From: a virus
Lineage: Duplodnaviria; Caudoviricetes
Virus record (IMG/VR): IMGVR_UViG_3300032294_001820
Coordinates: 1-63,242 of that record
DNA length: 63,242 nucleotides
Reading direction: 5' to 3' (one strand)
Made by a program: the position numbers and the translations under genes. Below the pieces are notes generated by a model. It was not told the DNA's origin. It saw only the letters and a program-made list of their open reading frames with translations, and searched no databases. Within the stretch, counting starts at the first letter, position 1. Each line of letters begins with the position of its first letter. This document shows, one piece after another, positions 29,450 to 39,180 of this stretch.

Positions 29450-30595
29450 TTAAATTTTGTGAGTGTTAGTTCGAAGCCAATCTGGTACTATGTTTTGCTC
29501 ATTGGATTTCATAGAACTATCTCCACCTTTTTCATCTGCAACGGTATCTCTCCCTCGGCTAACAACCCCTGCAAGTTGGTCAGAAAGTTCTTTGTTCTTC
29601 TGCTGTAACTTCGTAAGTTTTTTGCTCAATCTTTCGATTTCTGTGGGAGCATACTGAATTAATGCAAGTTTTTTGGCGGCATCTACCCGATAAGTACCAT
29701 CCTTGTTGAAAAACTCAGAACCTAAACCGCCACCTGTTAAGACCTTTTCGAGTTTCTTCAACTCTTTGTCGTCAATACCAGGGAAGTCAGCCTTGACCTG
29801 TTCGAGTGAACTGAGTGCGGAATTCTTGAAAGAGTTTTGTCTTTCGTTTTGAACACGCTTTGCCTCAGCAACCTGCCGGTCATTCTGTTGTTTGTCAAGT
29901 CGGAAAGCTTTTTCAGCAACCCTTAACAAGCGTAAGACTTCTTTAGAATTTGGGTCATCTTCAAATTCCTCTTGAGTCAATTCATCTGGTGCATAGGCTT
30001 CGATTAATGCCCATCTGTCCTGACTTTCCAAGTCTTTATTAAAATCAAGTTTCAATCCAGGAGCAGACATAATTGCTTGTTTCCAATCACTGCCATTGTT
30101 ATAGGCTTCGATAGCCTTAACGATTTCAGGAGGCATTTCAGCAAATGCTGTTTCTATATCTTCCTTGTATTTTTCGAGTTCTGTTGCCTTCTGTGCATTG
30201 GTTCTTTGCTTGTTAAAAGCCTCAACCAATTTTGCATATCCAGCAGGGGTGTTTACATCAATTCCTAATTTTTCCTTGATATAACCTTTGGCTTCGCTTT
30301 CATCCTTGAAATTTACTTTAGTACCTTTCTTAGATTGAAATACGCTTACTTCTTCTTCTTCATCCTGTTCTTCCTCAAATTCTACCTCAGCCTCAATTAC
30401 AGGTGCTTCGGTGTTTTCGGGAGTTTCAGTTGTTTCAGGTGCTTGTTGTCTGGGAGTATCCTCTACTTCGGTTAAATAACCCTTTGCTTTGGCATATTCT
30501 ACCGGTGATAAATGGTTTAGAACGGGGTCTAATTCCATTACCTCCCTGATTTCTACTTCTTGTTCAGGGGTTAAAAGTGCTTGTTGTTCTGACAT
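29450..30595 (-). CDS. Capsid scaffolding protein
   Basis: Acidic coiled-coil 381-aa protein between portal and capsid genes. Confidence 0.65.
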   Translation of the reverse strand: MSEQQALLTPEQEVEIREVMELDPVLNHLSPVEYAKAKGYLTEVEDTPRQQAPETTETPENTEAPVIEAEVEFEEEQDEEEEVSVFQSKKGTKVNFKDESEAKGYIKEKLGIDVNTPAGYAKLVEAFNKQRTNAQKATELEKYKEDIETAFAEMPPEIVKAIEAYNNGSDWKQAIMSAPGLKLDFNKDLESQDRWALIEAYAPDELTQEEFEDDPNSKEVLRLLRVAEKAFRLDKQQNDRQVAEAKRVQNERQNSFKNSALSSLEQVKADFPGIDDKELKKLEKVLTGGGLGSEFFNKDGTYRVDAAKKLALIQYAPTEIERLSKKLTKLQQKNKELSDQLAGVVSRGRDTVADEKGGDSSMKSNEQNIVPDWLRTNTHKI

Positions 30596-30615
30596 ACTTT
30601 GTCCATTATTTTAGA

Positions 30616-30623
30616 CAAAGATA
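30616..30623 (-). promoter_or_regulatory. Bacteroidota -7 promoter box (TATCTTTG)
   Basis: 20 nt upstream of the scaffold ATG, just after a terminator. Confidence 0.6.
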
Positions 30624-30681
30624 TAAAATTCCTAATTATCGTACAAAAAATTGTACGGACAGAAAAATATACAATTGAAAT

Positions 30682-30719
30682 AAAAACAAATGTCCGAGGG
30701 ATGCTGATTCCCTCGGACA
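30682..30719 (-). terminator. Intrinsic terminator
   Basis: 11-bp stem TGTCCGAGGGA/TCCCTCGGACA followed on the minus strand by TTTGTTTTT. Confidence 0.85.
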
Positions 30720-30747
30720 CTCTCTCGTTTGAAGTGTAAAAGCAAAG

Positions 30748-30894
30748 TTAATACTTTTTGTACTTCATCATTGCTTTCTTTGCAGTTGCCTTACCCTTCG
30801 CAGGAACCGCTTTTTTAGCAGGAGAACTTTTCTTAGCAGGTGCCATTTTCTTGGCAGGTGCCATTTTTTTAGCAGGTTTTGGTTGCATCATCAT
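30748..30894 (-). CDS. Histone-H1-like PAKK-repeat peptide (absent from the ORF track)
   Basis: Hand-translated MMMQPKPAKKMAPAKKMAPAKKSSPAKKAVPAKGKATAKKAMMKYKKY* (48 aa, 16 Lys), between the portal stop and the terminator. Confidence 0.8.
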   Translation of the reverse strand: MMMQPKPAKKMAPAKKMAPAKKSSPAKKAVPAKGKATAKKAMMKYKKY

Positions 30895-30913
30895 ATGTGT
30901 GGAGTTTAAATTG

Positions 30914-33175
30914 TTACATTACTTGATTACTTTGTTGCCTCGGTTGTTGCCGACTTGCCATTTGAGCCTCTGACTTCATCATTGTTTCCAATAACTTAGC
31001 ATCCCTATTCTCAGCCATATTCGCATCAGCCCGTTCCATTTGCTCTAATTGTAGCATCTGATTCGCTATCTGCTGCTCCTGTGCCTGTGCCTCCATAGCC
31101 TGTCCTTGTGCTGCCATTGCCTCCTCTTGTTGACGCAGAATCTCCTGTTTCATTTTCAGATACCTGCGACTTGCACTATAAACCTCAGCCGGAGTACACA
31201 AATTAAGTACCTTGCTAAGAGTATTCTCGTCAAGCATACCCATTTGTAACAACTGCATCGCAACAACATTACCTTGGTTAATCAACTCCTTCTCGGGTTC
31301 GCTACGCTGTAAACTAATGCGGAAATCAGCCAATAGGTCATCAGCCGTAAAACTTATTCTCTCAGCACCTTCATCCCCAACAGCATTTATCAAAGTGTGT
31401 GGACTATCAGCATATATCTTCCTACCCCTGTTAGCAATACTCTGATACATTTGCTTCATGCAATCAGCCAAACTAAAGTAGAAATCCTCCTGAATAAGTG
31501 TTCCTCTGTTAATCATTGCCTGATTATTTCTAACCAATTCTAAACTACCGGTTCCAAGCATTTGCTCGTTTACACCCGTAATTGCCAATGCCGCACTTTT
31601 TACCTGACCAATCGCTGCACTTAAATACTCAAACCCATCAAGCCTTGTTCCAGGTATATTCGCAACAGCATTATTCAACCCAAATTTGCCATTTACCAAT
31701 ACAGGGTCGCCATTACGGATATTCCTTCTAAGCCCTTCTTCACCTTCCTCCTCGTCAATAATACCTCTGTCAATTAATGTAACAGGTGGAACTGCCCTAT
31801 TAACTTGATGCTCCTGTGCTGACCAAAAACGGTTAATCATTCGCTGTGGGTCAATCATAGAATCCAACGGACTAACCACCATTCCATTCCAATACTCAAA
31901 GGTCTGGACGCTATATGGGAATTTTGCACTGCTTGGATCTAAACTCGTTGTTTCCTGATAAGGCATAATTCCTGACTCCAAAACAATTGGAGCCATATCA
32001 TCGTCTTCGCCAAATGCACTGCTTGAAATATCGTACACAAATACACAATACCGAACTACATCAGCATTGAATTTCCGCTTCTTTTTGTTCTTACGATTCT
32101 TTCCTGAACCCTGTCCAAGAATCTTTTTATACTTTTCGTCTGTGGCAACAATGAGGTCTTTGTCTTCGTACTTCCCACCTTCGTAGTTAATACGCACAAA
32201 TAACTCATTCTCCATTTCATCGCTAACTACTCCGTATTCGTGTTCCTCAATATCACGCCAAAAAGCATAATAGGTACTTACCCTGCCTGTTTGGTCGCCT
32301 GTCCATAAACCATTGTCAAATTGGTCGCCATTGTTCTGATAACTTGCAATCTTCTCGATTTCCTCCCTTTGGAGTAAGGTCAAATCAGGGTACTTCTCAT
32401 ATATGTAGGTAGGGTCTAAAAACGCTTTATGGCCCATATACATAGAATCGCTTAGGTCATCTTTTTGGGCACTTACATCCCAAAAGAAATACCGGCTATC
32501 TAAACCCTCAAATACTTGGTGTCCGAAATGTTCCTTGTTAAATGCAACACATAGCCCCGAAGCACATAATTGCTTAGTAAGCCACTTCTTTAATTTTCCG
32601 TTTAAATCATTCCTGTCAGCAACAACCTTAATCAAGTTGTTTACATCACGAGTAAGGGTATCGAAATAATAACCATCAAATAGTCTTTCAGCATCTTCTG
32701 GTCCTTCTCCAATCGGGAATTGGTCTTGAAGAATATCCTTGAACATACCTCCCATTTCCTGAGCAATTTGGGAAATAATCATCATTTTGCTCATTTCTTC
32801 ATCTCGTTTCTGCTGAATACTCTCGCTTAGGGGTTCTGCCCTGTATTCGAAACTTGTCCTAATAGCATTACCTACATACTGACGAAGTACAGGTGCCATA
32901 ATATTATCTTGCCACCGAACCCTGCCATTAGGCTGTCCACTTTCGTCATTAAGGAATGTATCAATATCTTCATCCAACATCCACTGCCACTTCATTTGGT
33001 AGTTCGATAAAAGGAACATCCAATTGGTATCAGTTTTTGTTCTAAAAAAAGTTAGCCTCCAATCAAAGATTCTGCTAACAATATAGTTTGCCCAAGCTAA
33101 ATCATAATCCTCACCTTTCTTGCCGTCAATACCGGTAATCCTATTCGGTCTTATAGATGTAGTTGAGTATTCCAT
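30914..33175 (-). CDS. Portal protein
   Basis: 753 aa; DSMIDPQRMINR and AITGVNEQMLG motifs plus a Q-rich C-terminal barrel, typical of P22/crAss-type portals. Confidence 0.85.
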   Translation of the reverse strand: MEYSTTSIRPNRITGIDGKKGEDYDLAWANYIVSRIFDWRLTFFRTKTDTNWMFLLSNYQMKWQWMLDEDIDTFLNDESGQPNGRVRWQDNIMAPVLRQYVGNAIRTSFEYRAEPLSESIQQKRDEEMSKMMIISQIAQEMGGMFKDILQDQFPIGEGPEDAERLFDGYYFDTLTRDVNNLIKVVADRNDLNGKLKKWLTKQLCASGLCVAFNKEHFGHQVFEGLDSRYFFWDVSAQKDDLSDSMYMGHKAFLDPTYIYEKYPDLTLLQREEIEKIASYQNNGDQFDNGLWTGDQTGRVSTYYAFWRDIEEHEYGVVSDEMENELFVRINYEGGKYEDKDLIVATDEKYKKILGQGSGKNRKNKKKRKFNADVVRYCVFVYDISSSAFGEDDDMAPIVLESGIMPYQETTSLDPSSAKFPYSVQTFEYWNGMVVSPLDSMIDPQRMINRFWSAQEHQVNRAVPPVTLIDRGIIDEEEGEEGLRRNIRNGDPVLVNGKFGLNNAVANIPGTRLDGFEYLSAAIGQVKSAALAITGVNEQMLGTGSLELVRNNQAMINRGTLIQEDFYFSLADCMKQMYQSIANRGRKIYADSPHTLINAVGDEGAERISFTADDLLADFRISLQRSEPEKELINQGNVVAMQLLQMGMLDENTLSKVLNLCTPAEVYSASRRYLKMKQEILRQQEEAMAAQGQAMEAQAQEQQIANQMLQLEQMERADANMAENRDAKLLETMMKSEAQMASRQQPRQQSNQVM

Positions 33176-33909
33176 TATTTGTCTTGTTTTTCTCTTTCGT
33201 GTGCCATATCCATAAGTGTTCTGCCTTTCATACCCTCTATTTCAATCTTCTTAGAAACTGTACGAACACCATATCCCTCCTCCACATTTTTTATTACTGC
33301 TGGTAACTCTTCGTGAATCTTCACGCACATATCAACATACTTTTTTCTTTCATCGGTATCTGTAATTTCCTCTGGATTTCTATTGAGAAAATACATAAAA
33401 TCGTCCAATATCTTTTCAGCCATCAACCTTGCCTTGAACCTGGCATTGGGATTGAACATTTCCATTCTTCGGATAGCAGTGTTTACTTCCTCGGAAAAGG
33501 TACCTCTTAGGTAATTGTCGAAATCCTGATTGCTTATTCCATCACGCAGTCTGTCTTTATTGACATCCCACATAGCCCGTTTTACTGACCTGTTACGCCT
33601 TGAAGATTCAGCCATTTCAGTCTTTGCGTATTCGCTACACGGGCTTGCGTATAGCCACACAAAGTACATTTGCCAAGTCTTTAGTATTTTGAACTCTTCA
33701 ATTCTGCCAAGTTCAGGGTATTCTTTCCGTAAATCAGTAAGGATATACCGATTGTCCTTATTGATATTAGGAACAAACAGTATATCCTCACCAAGACTTA
33801 CATCAGGTTTTTTGGTTTCAGCCCCCAAACCTCTTTCGTTAGAGAGTTTCTCCACTTTTTGAGATTCGGGATGCTTTCCCATTTCTTCCTGTGGAGGCAG
33901 TTCAACCAT
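33175..33909 (-). CDS. Hypothetical helical protein coupled to the portal gene
   Basis: 244 aa with a TAATG overlap into the portal start. Confidence 0.65.
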   Translation of the reverse strand: MVELPPQEEMGKHPESQKVEKLSNERGLGAETKKPDVSLGEDILFVPNINKDNRYILTDLRKEYPELGRIEEFKILKTWQMYFVWLYASPCSEYAKTEMAESSRRNRSVKRAMWDVNKDRLRDGISNQDFDNYLRGTFSEEVNTAIRRMEMFNPNARFKARLMAEKILDDFMYFLNRNPEEITDTDERKKYVDMCVKIHEELPAVIKNVEEGYGVRTVSKKIEIEGMKGRTLMDMAHEREKQDK

Positions 33910-33931
33910 TTTTTATATACCCGATTTAGAA

Positions 33932-34699
33932 TTACGGACGAGCCAAGTAATCGGCAGCAACACCTGTACCACCAAAGATAGAAGACCAACTTCCAGCGAA
34001 AAGAATATCTGCGGTGTCATCTACATAGACAACAGCCTCACGATTGAATACCTCAAAAGTACCTGCGGCATTCTGAACTTTCTCTGTGTAGGCAACCTCA
34101 TAGGTGTTGTAAGTCGCAGCAGTAAGATTTGCCAAAGGAATACCTGTGTTGGCATTAATTACCGAAGGAGTACCATTTGGCTGAACCAATGCAGTAACTA
34201 CGGTCTGAGTAACAGCAAGGCTAATGCTCATATTGAAGTCATAAACTTCCTGATTCAAAGTACCTAAGTTACCCTGAATACGAAGGTCGTTTGCAACATT
34301 CGTAGCAGTGTAAGTTCCTTGGGAATCTGCTGTTATTTGTGCTGCAATAGCAGTAACCAAAGCTGCAATCGCAGGAGCAGTAGTACCAGTAATGTAAATG
34401 TAGGTACTTGGATTAATTCCACTTGCAGGGTCAGGGAAAATCCGAACCGTGTACTGAGTGTTTGCGGTAGGAACAACAGCAGCAGTGTTAAATTCCTTTA
34501 CGGAAAATACACCAGCACTTGAAGCGGTTACGGTGTTATCCGTAATATCTACCCACTTAATTACACCGCCCCATGACAAACTGCCAACGGTTACGGTAGT
34601 ATCTTGAACACTTAATTCTCCGTTTGCAATCGCCACATCGGCAGCAACGGAAGGGTTTGTGTTCAAAACCCCAATGAGTGAATAATTCTTTAAAGCCAT
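33932..34699 (-). CDS. Putative capsid accessory / decoration protein
   Basis: 255 aa, T/A/V/N-rich beta protein with its own promoter box. Confidence 0.5.
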   Translation of the reverse strand: MALKNYSLIGVLNTNPSVAADVAIANGELSVQDTTVTVGSLSWGGVIKWVDITDNTVTASSAGVFSVKEFNTAAVVPTANTQYTVRIFPDPASGINPSTYIYITGTTAPAIAALVTAIAAQITADSQGTYTATNVANDLRIQGNLGTLNQEVYDFNMSISLAVTQTVVTALVQPNGTPSVINANTGIPLANLTAATYNTYEVAYTEKVQNAAGTFEVFNREAVVYVDDTADILFAGSWSSIFGGTGVAADYLARP

Positions 34700-34729
34700 T
34701 TTTTGTTAAATAAATAGTTGAACTTGATA

Positions 34730-34737
34730 CAAATATA
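34730..34737 (-). promoter_or_regulatory. Bacteroidota -7 promoter box (TATATTTG)
   Basis: Intergenic, upstream of 34699. Confidence 0.6.
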
Positions 34738-34769
34738 CAATTGTCTAAGAAACTATACAAAAAAATAAA

Positions 34770-35117
34770 TTATTCCTCAATAAAATCTTCATCTGTCCTA
34801 TCACGAACCGCCTTAGAACTACTCAGAACCGCCCCTCTCTCTCTGCCTCCATATTTCATATCTTGTATCCATATTTCCTGAATCTCTTTTCGGTACATCT
34901 TTGTCAGTATCTCTACTTTCCTTAACTCCCTCAATATGTGCTTTATTTCCTTGGGGCAACTCCGCTTCGCCTCCACTGAGGTTATTTCTGCCGTCATTTT
35001 CACCAAATACTCTATCAACTCTAAATGAGTTGGCATTAACTCCCGTAACTTCGCTGATGTATCCGGTAATTTCCGTTTGATTTTGTTCTGAAACCCTATC
35101 TGATTTTTCTCTGTCAT
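34770..35117 (-). CDS. Basic helical hypothetical protein
   Basis: 115 aa, overlapped by 34819..35418 in another frame. Confidence 0.55.
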   Translation of the reverse strand: MTEKNQIGFQNKIKRKLPDTSAKLRELMPTHLELIEYLVKMTAEITSVEAKRSCPKEIKHILRELRKVEILTKMYRKEIQEIWIQDMKYGGRERGAVLSSSKAVRDRTDEDFIEE

Positions 35118-35418
35118 ACCTTTGCTTTGTTATTATCGCAGGACTTACCTCTTTATCCTCAATTATTAACTGAACCCTTAACTTAACTTTTAACAATGCA
35201 CAAACTCTAAGTACCTCATAATGACTAATATACTTAGTATTTACGCTGTCTGTAATTAGCCACAATCTCAAATCATCGTACTTCACCCCTGTCGAAGCCG
35301 TCAAACGCAAAGGACTTACATTGAAATCCTTTATGCGTTTGATTATCAACTTCTTCAATTGAGTGTTGTGCAGGATTATATCAACCCTGCCGGGGTCAAT
35401 ATTTTCATCCTTTAGCAA
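34819..35418 (-). CDS. Putative HTH-containing protein with a disordered overlapping tail
   Basis: N-terminal half resembles an XRE-like helical bundle; the C-terminal half overlaps the next gene. Confidence 0.5.
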   Translation of the reverse strand: MLKDENIDPGRVDIILHNTQLKKLIIKRIKDFNVSPLRLTASTGVKYDDLRLWLITDSVNTKYISHYEVLRVCALLKVKLRVQLIIEDKEVSPAIITKQRYDREKSDRVSEQNQTEITGYISEVTGVNANSFRVDRVFGENDGRNNLSGGEAELPQGNKAHIEGVKESRDTDKDVPKRDSGNMDTRYEIWRQRERGGSE

Positions 35419-35674
35419 ACCTGTGTTGCATTACATTAAACTTCGCAGTTTCTAATACCCCTACTACCTCAAAGGCAGACAAGGTATTCGGATACTCAGG
35501 GTCTGAACTATCAATTCTTAACTGCATATCCATACTTCCATCTTTCTTCATCGTTCTCTCGAATACAAAGAAATCTACTCTGGCTACGCCCTCTGGCAAC
35601 TCAATCTGTGGAACTGCCTGATTTGCCTCACTTGGGGCTTGAAATTGTGGTAAAATGAACTTCTCGTCTGACAT
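35405..35674 (-). CDS. Hypothetical protein
   Basis: 89-aa ORF after the terminase gene. Confidence 0.6.
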   Translation of the reverse strand: MSDEKFILPQFQAPSEANQAVPQIELPEGVARVDFFVFERTMKKDGSMDMQLRIDSSDPEYPNTLSAFEVVGVLETAKFNVMQHRFAKG

Positions 35675-35685
35675 ATAAATTAAAA

Positions 35686-38055
35686 TTAAACTAAACTTAC
35701 TACTCTCCTTAGGTTCCCATTGGCATCCCTGACAAAAGTATTCTTTACTTTTTTAGGTCTGTTTTCATCTATGAACTCCGGATACCTGTGGCTACTCTGA
35801 TAAACCTGTGAAGCCATATACGCAAAAGTTGAACTAAAAAGAATATCATCGTAATGCTTCTTTAGGTTCTCGGCTTGCCACTTAATACCTCCGTTAGCAG
35901 TATCCTTCTGAATAAATGTTTTGTGCTGTTCCCAGAACTCCTGAATGTAAATATTATCCCCATACATTTCAGACAATTCCTTCAATTTATTGATAATCTT
36001 ACCCTTAGTAGCAGCCTTATTGCTTATACCTATTCTTGAGCCGTCAATGTGCATCATAGGATTCAACTCCTTGTTATAAATCAAGTTTTTGTCAAATCCT
36101 TTCCTCTCCCTAAACCCAATGTAATCCCCTCCAATATTGTACTCAATCAACTCAGGTGTACCCTTCCACTCCTTTTGGTCATAGTATAACCCCATCAATA
36201 AACTCTGTTGGTAGCACTCCATAAAATTCCGAACACGCCAAAATAACTGACAACTAATGGTATTCCACTCGGCATCCCAAATCGTACTCGAAAACTTACT
36301 ATGCCCACTCTCTGTATTTATAGGGTCGGTTCCCTGAAAATATCTATGCTTCCACCTCTTATCGGGTTCGTGAAACATAATTATTGGTGGATCGTCCTCG
36401 TAAGCCATTGGCACGAATATCACTCCAACAACTCTATATGGCCAATCATTAATATCAGTAGTAGGACTATTGGTATCAAAAACGGGTTCAAATCTGCCGT
36501 AAATAGGTTTTGCAGCATCCTCTAAATCCCATATCCTTTTCAAATGACTATTGCAGGTAGAAATAGGAACCAATGTGTTTACACTCCGGATGAACATATC
36601 GTCAATATGAACGGGATAACCGGCATGAAACTGACTTATAGTAGCATCTCTGTCGGCACCGATTTTCGAATAAGCATTGGTTTTTTCACTTTCATAAAAC
36701 TCTCCCTCGATACCTGGTTTGCAAAAAGCATCAAGAAATACAGGTATAATTCCGTACTTGAAATTCCTTTTCTTCCAATTCTCTAATGCAGCCTTAAACT
36801 CTGTTTCAAAACTATCGGTTTTCATTTCTCCACCGGTTCCCCACATAAACAACTGCCGTTTGTACTCAATCCGTTTGGTTTCTGGATTGTAAATAAACAT
36901 AGTCGGACGAGCTTCGTTGACCATTTTAGTCAGAATAGGGATATTCCCAATTTCATCTATAAGCACTAATTGAGGACTACCTGAGTTCACAGCCGTTGCA
37001 CTTGGAGGAACTACCTCAACTTTAGAATTTGCTCCATCTACTCTACCCTTAACCTCCTTTAAGCCAAACTTCAACTGCCTTTCTTGGTCGCTAAAACTAC
37101 TTGGAACCAAATAGTGTGGCGTTTCGCTTATCGGGTACTTGATTTTATCCTCAAATACGCTTCGGGTCTTGCTGTCATCCTCACAAATGTACTTGGTAAA
37201 CCACTCTCTGCGGTACATAGTCTTAGAAGCAGCACCCATTCCGATTATACTCGTAATACCCAACTGCCTCATTTTACCGATTACAGCAGATAACTCGCAA
37301 TCAAGCAAGTACAAAAGTAGTTTCTGTGCTTTGTAAGGCTCTATTCGCCTTCTGCCACCATCGTAACTACCATCCTTTAACCTGCCGTTTTTATACACAT
37401 AGTACAGGCTGTTTTGCTCATACCTACGCTTTTCCTCTACACAGAAATCAATTTGTTCGTCAATTCCAAAAGCATTGTTTATATCATACCCTGCTTGGTA
37501 CCAATCCTCTGCTTGTTGGCAATAAAGATTAAATTTAGAGTATTCTGTTGCATAACTGAACCCTCTTGGAAACCATGAATCTACCCACTTAACGAAGGTT
37601 GTGTCGAAATCAAACTTATCACCATTCCTATATGGAATCCAATCTGCCTTGACAATCTTACCGCCCCTGTAATGCGTAAGGACATTTTCTTGCTCCTGAA
37701 GTTTGCGTTCCTCGGTAACAATTACCGTAGGTGCATCCTTGAAATTCCCCTCTAAGATCTCTATGTAGTTATCGCTAACTTGTTCGAATAACTGCTTTGT
37801 ATGTGTTTGCCCGAACTTCTGTTCAAGTTTACCTGTAAGCCGTTTTGACCTCGCTATTCGTTTCTTTCTGAATGCCTTGGCAATGTATTCACCAGGGGCA
37901 TAGTCGCTGTTTATCGCATGACCTTTGCGTTCAAGTTCTACGACATACTTTGGGGGCATAACACTTTCAGCACCGTACTCAAATAACATTGAATACAAGT
38001 CTGAAAGATTCTGTAATAGTATCTTTTCGTAATTTATTGCTCTTGGTTCAGGCAT
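35686..38055 (-). CDS. terL: Terminase large subunit
   Basis: Walker A-like GKMRQLGITS, Walker B VLIDEIG, coupling motif WGTGG, nuclease motifs QGTDP and HYDDILFS. Confidence 0.9.
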   Translation of the reverse strand: MPEPRAINYEKILLQNLSDLYSMLFEYGAESVMPPKYVVELERKGHAINSDYAPGEYIAKAFRKKRIARSKRLTGKLEQKFGQTHTKQLFEQVSDNYIEILEGNFKDAPTVIVTEERKLQEQENVLTHYRGGKIVKADWIPYRNGDKFDFDTTFVKWVDSWFPRGFSYATEYSKFNLYCQQAEDWYQAGYDINNAFGIDEQIDFCVEEKRRYEQNSLYYVYKNGRLKDGSYDGGRRRIEPYKAQKLLLYLLDCELSAVIGKMRQLGITSIIGMGAASKTMYRREWFTKYICEDDSKTRSVFEDKIKYPISETPHYLVPSSFSDQERQLKFGLKEVKGRVDGANSKVEVVPPSATAVNSGSPQLVLIDEIGNIPILTKMVNEARPTMFIYNPETKRIEYKRQLFMWGTGGEMKTDSFETEFKAALENWKKRNFKYGIIPVFLDAFCKPGIEGEFYESEKTNAYSKIGADRDATISQFHAGYPVHIDDMFIRSVNTLVPISTCNSHLKRIWDLEDAAKPIYGRFEPVFDTNSPTTDINDWPYRVVGVIFVPMAYEDDPPIIMFHEPDKRWKHRYFQGTDPINTESGHSKFSSTIWDAEWNTISCQLFWRVRNFMECYQQSLLMGLYYDQKEWKGTPELIEYNIGGDYIGFRERKGFDKNLIYNKELNPMMHIDGSRIGISNKAATKGKIINKLKELSEMYGDNIYIQEFWEQHKTFIQKDTANGGIKWQAENLKKHYDDILFSSTFAYMASQVYQSSHRYPEFIDENRPKKVKNTFVRDANGNLRRVVSLV

Positions 38056-38058
38056 TTA

Positions 38059-38343
38059 CTACACTTCTGTTTCGAGCCGTCCTGAGTTTCGGGCTGAATA
38101 CAAAAGTGCCATTGTATGCTTAAAAAGTTCATCTAATGCACGAATATCTACATCAATGCTTTGTTGGTTGAATTTGAAATTTTCAGCCTCCTTTAGCAGA
38201 TTAGGTATTCCGTGAATGATGAAATCATTTTTTTCTACATCAACGCTGACTTTAAGTTTCCTTCCCGTATTTTCGTCTATGCTTACCTCAAAATTTGAGG
38301 TACGGTGCTTTACTTTTACACCATTGGGCTTAACTTCTGTCAT
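38059..38343 (-). CDS. Hypothetical protein
   Basis: 94-aa ORF directly upstream of terL. Confidence 0.6.
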   Translation of the reverse strand: MTEVKPNGVKVKHRTSNFEVSIDENTGRKLKVSVDVEKNDFIIHGIPNLLKEAENFKFNQQSIDVDIRALDELFKHTMALLYSARNSGRLETEV

Positions 38344-38363
38344 AAATATGTTTGGTTAAATGC

Positions 38364-38645
38364 TTACTTACCGAGGATTTTATTAATCCTATCAATCAAC
38401 TTCTGATTGGCTTTCCCGTTTACAAGAATCCGGACTAATATAGAACCCCAAAACTTTACAGAACGCTGGATACGCTTAATCTTTTCTTCTATTTCGTCCT
38501 CAGACTTAACAGTGAAAGTTTTAACAATCGTCTTTCCGTTCATTATTACATGAATCGTAACGACATTTTCTGTTTCAGGAACTGCCTCGATAACCGGAGT
38601 AGTGGTTTCAGCAGTAGTTTCGGGTGAATCTTTTTTCTTTGCCAT
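38364..38645 (-). CDS. Hypothetical protein
   Basis: Likely start MAKKKDSP at 38645, downstream of a TACCTTTG box. Confidence 0.6.
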   Translation of the reverse strand: MAKKKDSPETTAETTTPVIEAVPETENVVTIHVIMNGKTIVKTFTVKSEDEIEEKIKRIQRSVKFWGSILVRILVNGKANQKLIDRINKILGK

Positions 38646-38663
38646 GACGGTAATTAGTTTCCC

Positions 38664-38738
38664 CAAAGGTAATGAAAAAAATATTTTCAGCAAAATGTAA
38701 CTTTTATTTGGGATTGTCGTAATCGCAATATACCTTTG
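38664..38738. promoter_or_regulatory. Divergent promoter region with two TACCTTTG boxes and one ECF-like motif
   Basis: TACCTTTG on minus (38664-38671) and plus (38731-38738); GTAAC-N16-CGTA on plus (38697-38721). Confidence 0.65.
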
Positions 38739-38740
38739 TT

Positions 38741-38845
38741 CCGTTGTTACGGCTTGACATCTGTAACGGGGTAACTTAAAGATAGTGTTCATCACAGAAC
38801 AAGTTAAAGCCCGAAGCCCGTCAAGCCCTTCGGGTTTTTTCTTTT
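38741..38845 (+). ncRNA. Three-hairpin leader RNA with kissing loops and terminator-like end
   Basis: GGCTTGAC (38751-38758) in hairpin 1 is complementary to GTCAAGCC (38820-38827) in the loop of stem AAAGCCCGAAG/CTTCGGGTTTT, followed by a U-tract. Confidence 0.6.
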
Positions 38846-38849
38846 ATAG

Positions 38850-39180
38850 GGATACCCGGAAAGCAACTCGGTTATGTATCGGGAGGGAATAAAAGACCAC
38901 CGGGGTACTAACTAAAAGCGGTACCGGGGGGATTCCTAACACACCGCAAACTGACTACAAAGGAGAAACAGTGTTTGGATGGGTGGCATATCACTTGAAA
39001 GTCGGCTCCAACCTAATAGCACATATGTGTTGACTATTGGGCAGTTTATCGAAAGGGCTCAACGGGGAGGAAAAACCTGTTACTGATTGAAACTGAAAGG
39101 TACCAACCTGGATTTGGAAGCAAATTTGGGGATGGTACTACTTTCAGTAATCTCAGGGTCTAACAAAGAGGAAGTATAGT
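38850..39180 (+). ncRNA. Candidate structured non-coding RNA
   Basis: ORF-free, locally G+C-richer, with several stems such as ACTGAAAGGTACCA/TGGTACTACTTTCAGT, CCTAATAG/CTATTGGG and GATAC/GTATC. Confidence 0.45.

Noticed and set aside
30758-30973. Plus-strand hydrophobic ORF with FLAG repeats
   Set aside because: It is the antisense shadow of the PAKK-repeat gene.
1576-37532. Many 60-190 aa plus-strand and short alternative-frame ORFs in the structural region
   Set aside because: They are shadows of long minus-strand genes with no recognisable motifs or expression signals, unlike the two nested genes I accepted.
38850-39180. tRNA, tmRNA or group I/II intron identity for the structured region
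   Set aside because: I could not find a cloverleaf, T-loop or intron core motifs by eye, and it does not interrupt a gene.
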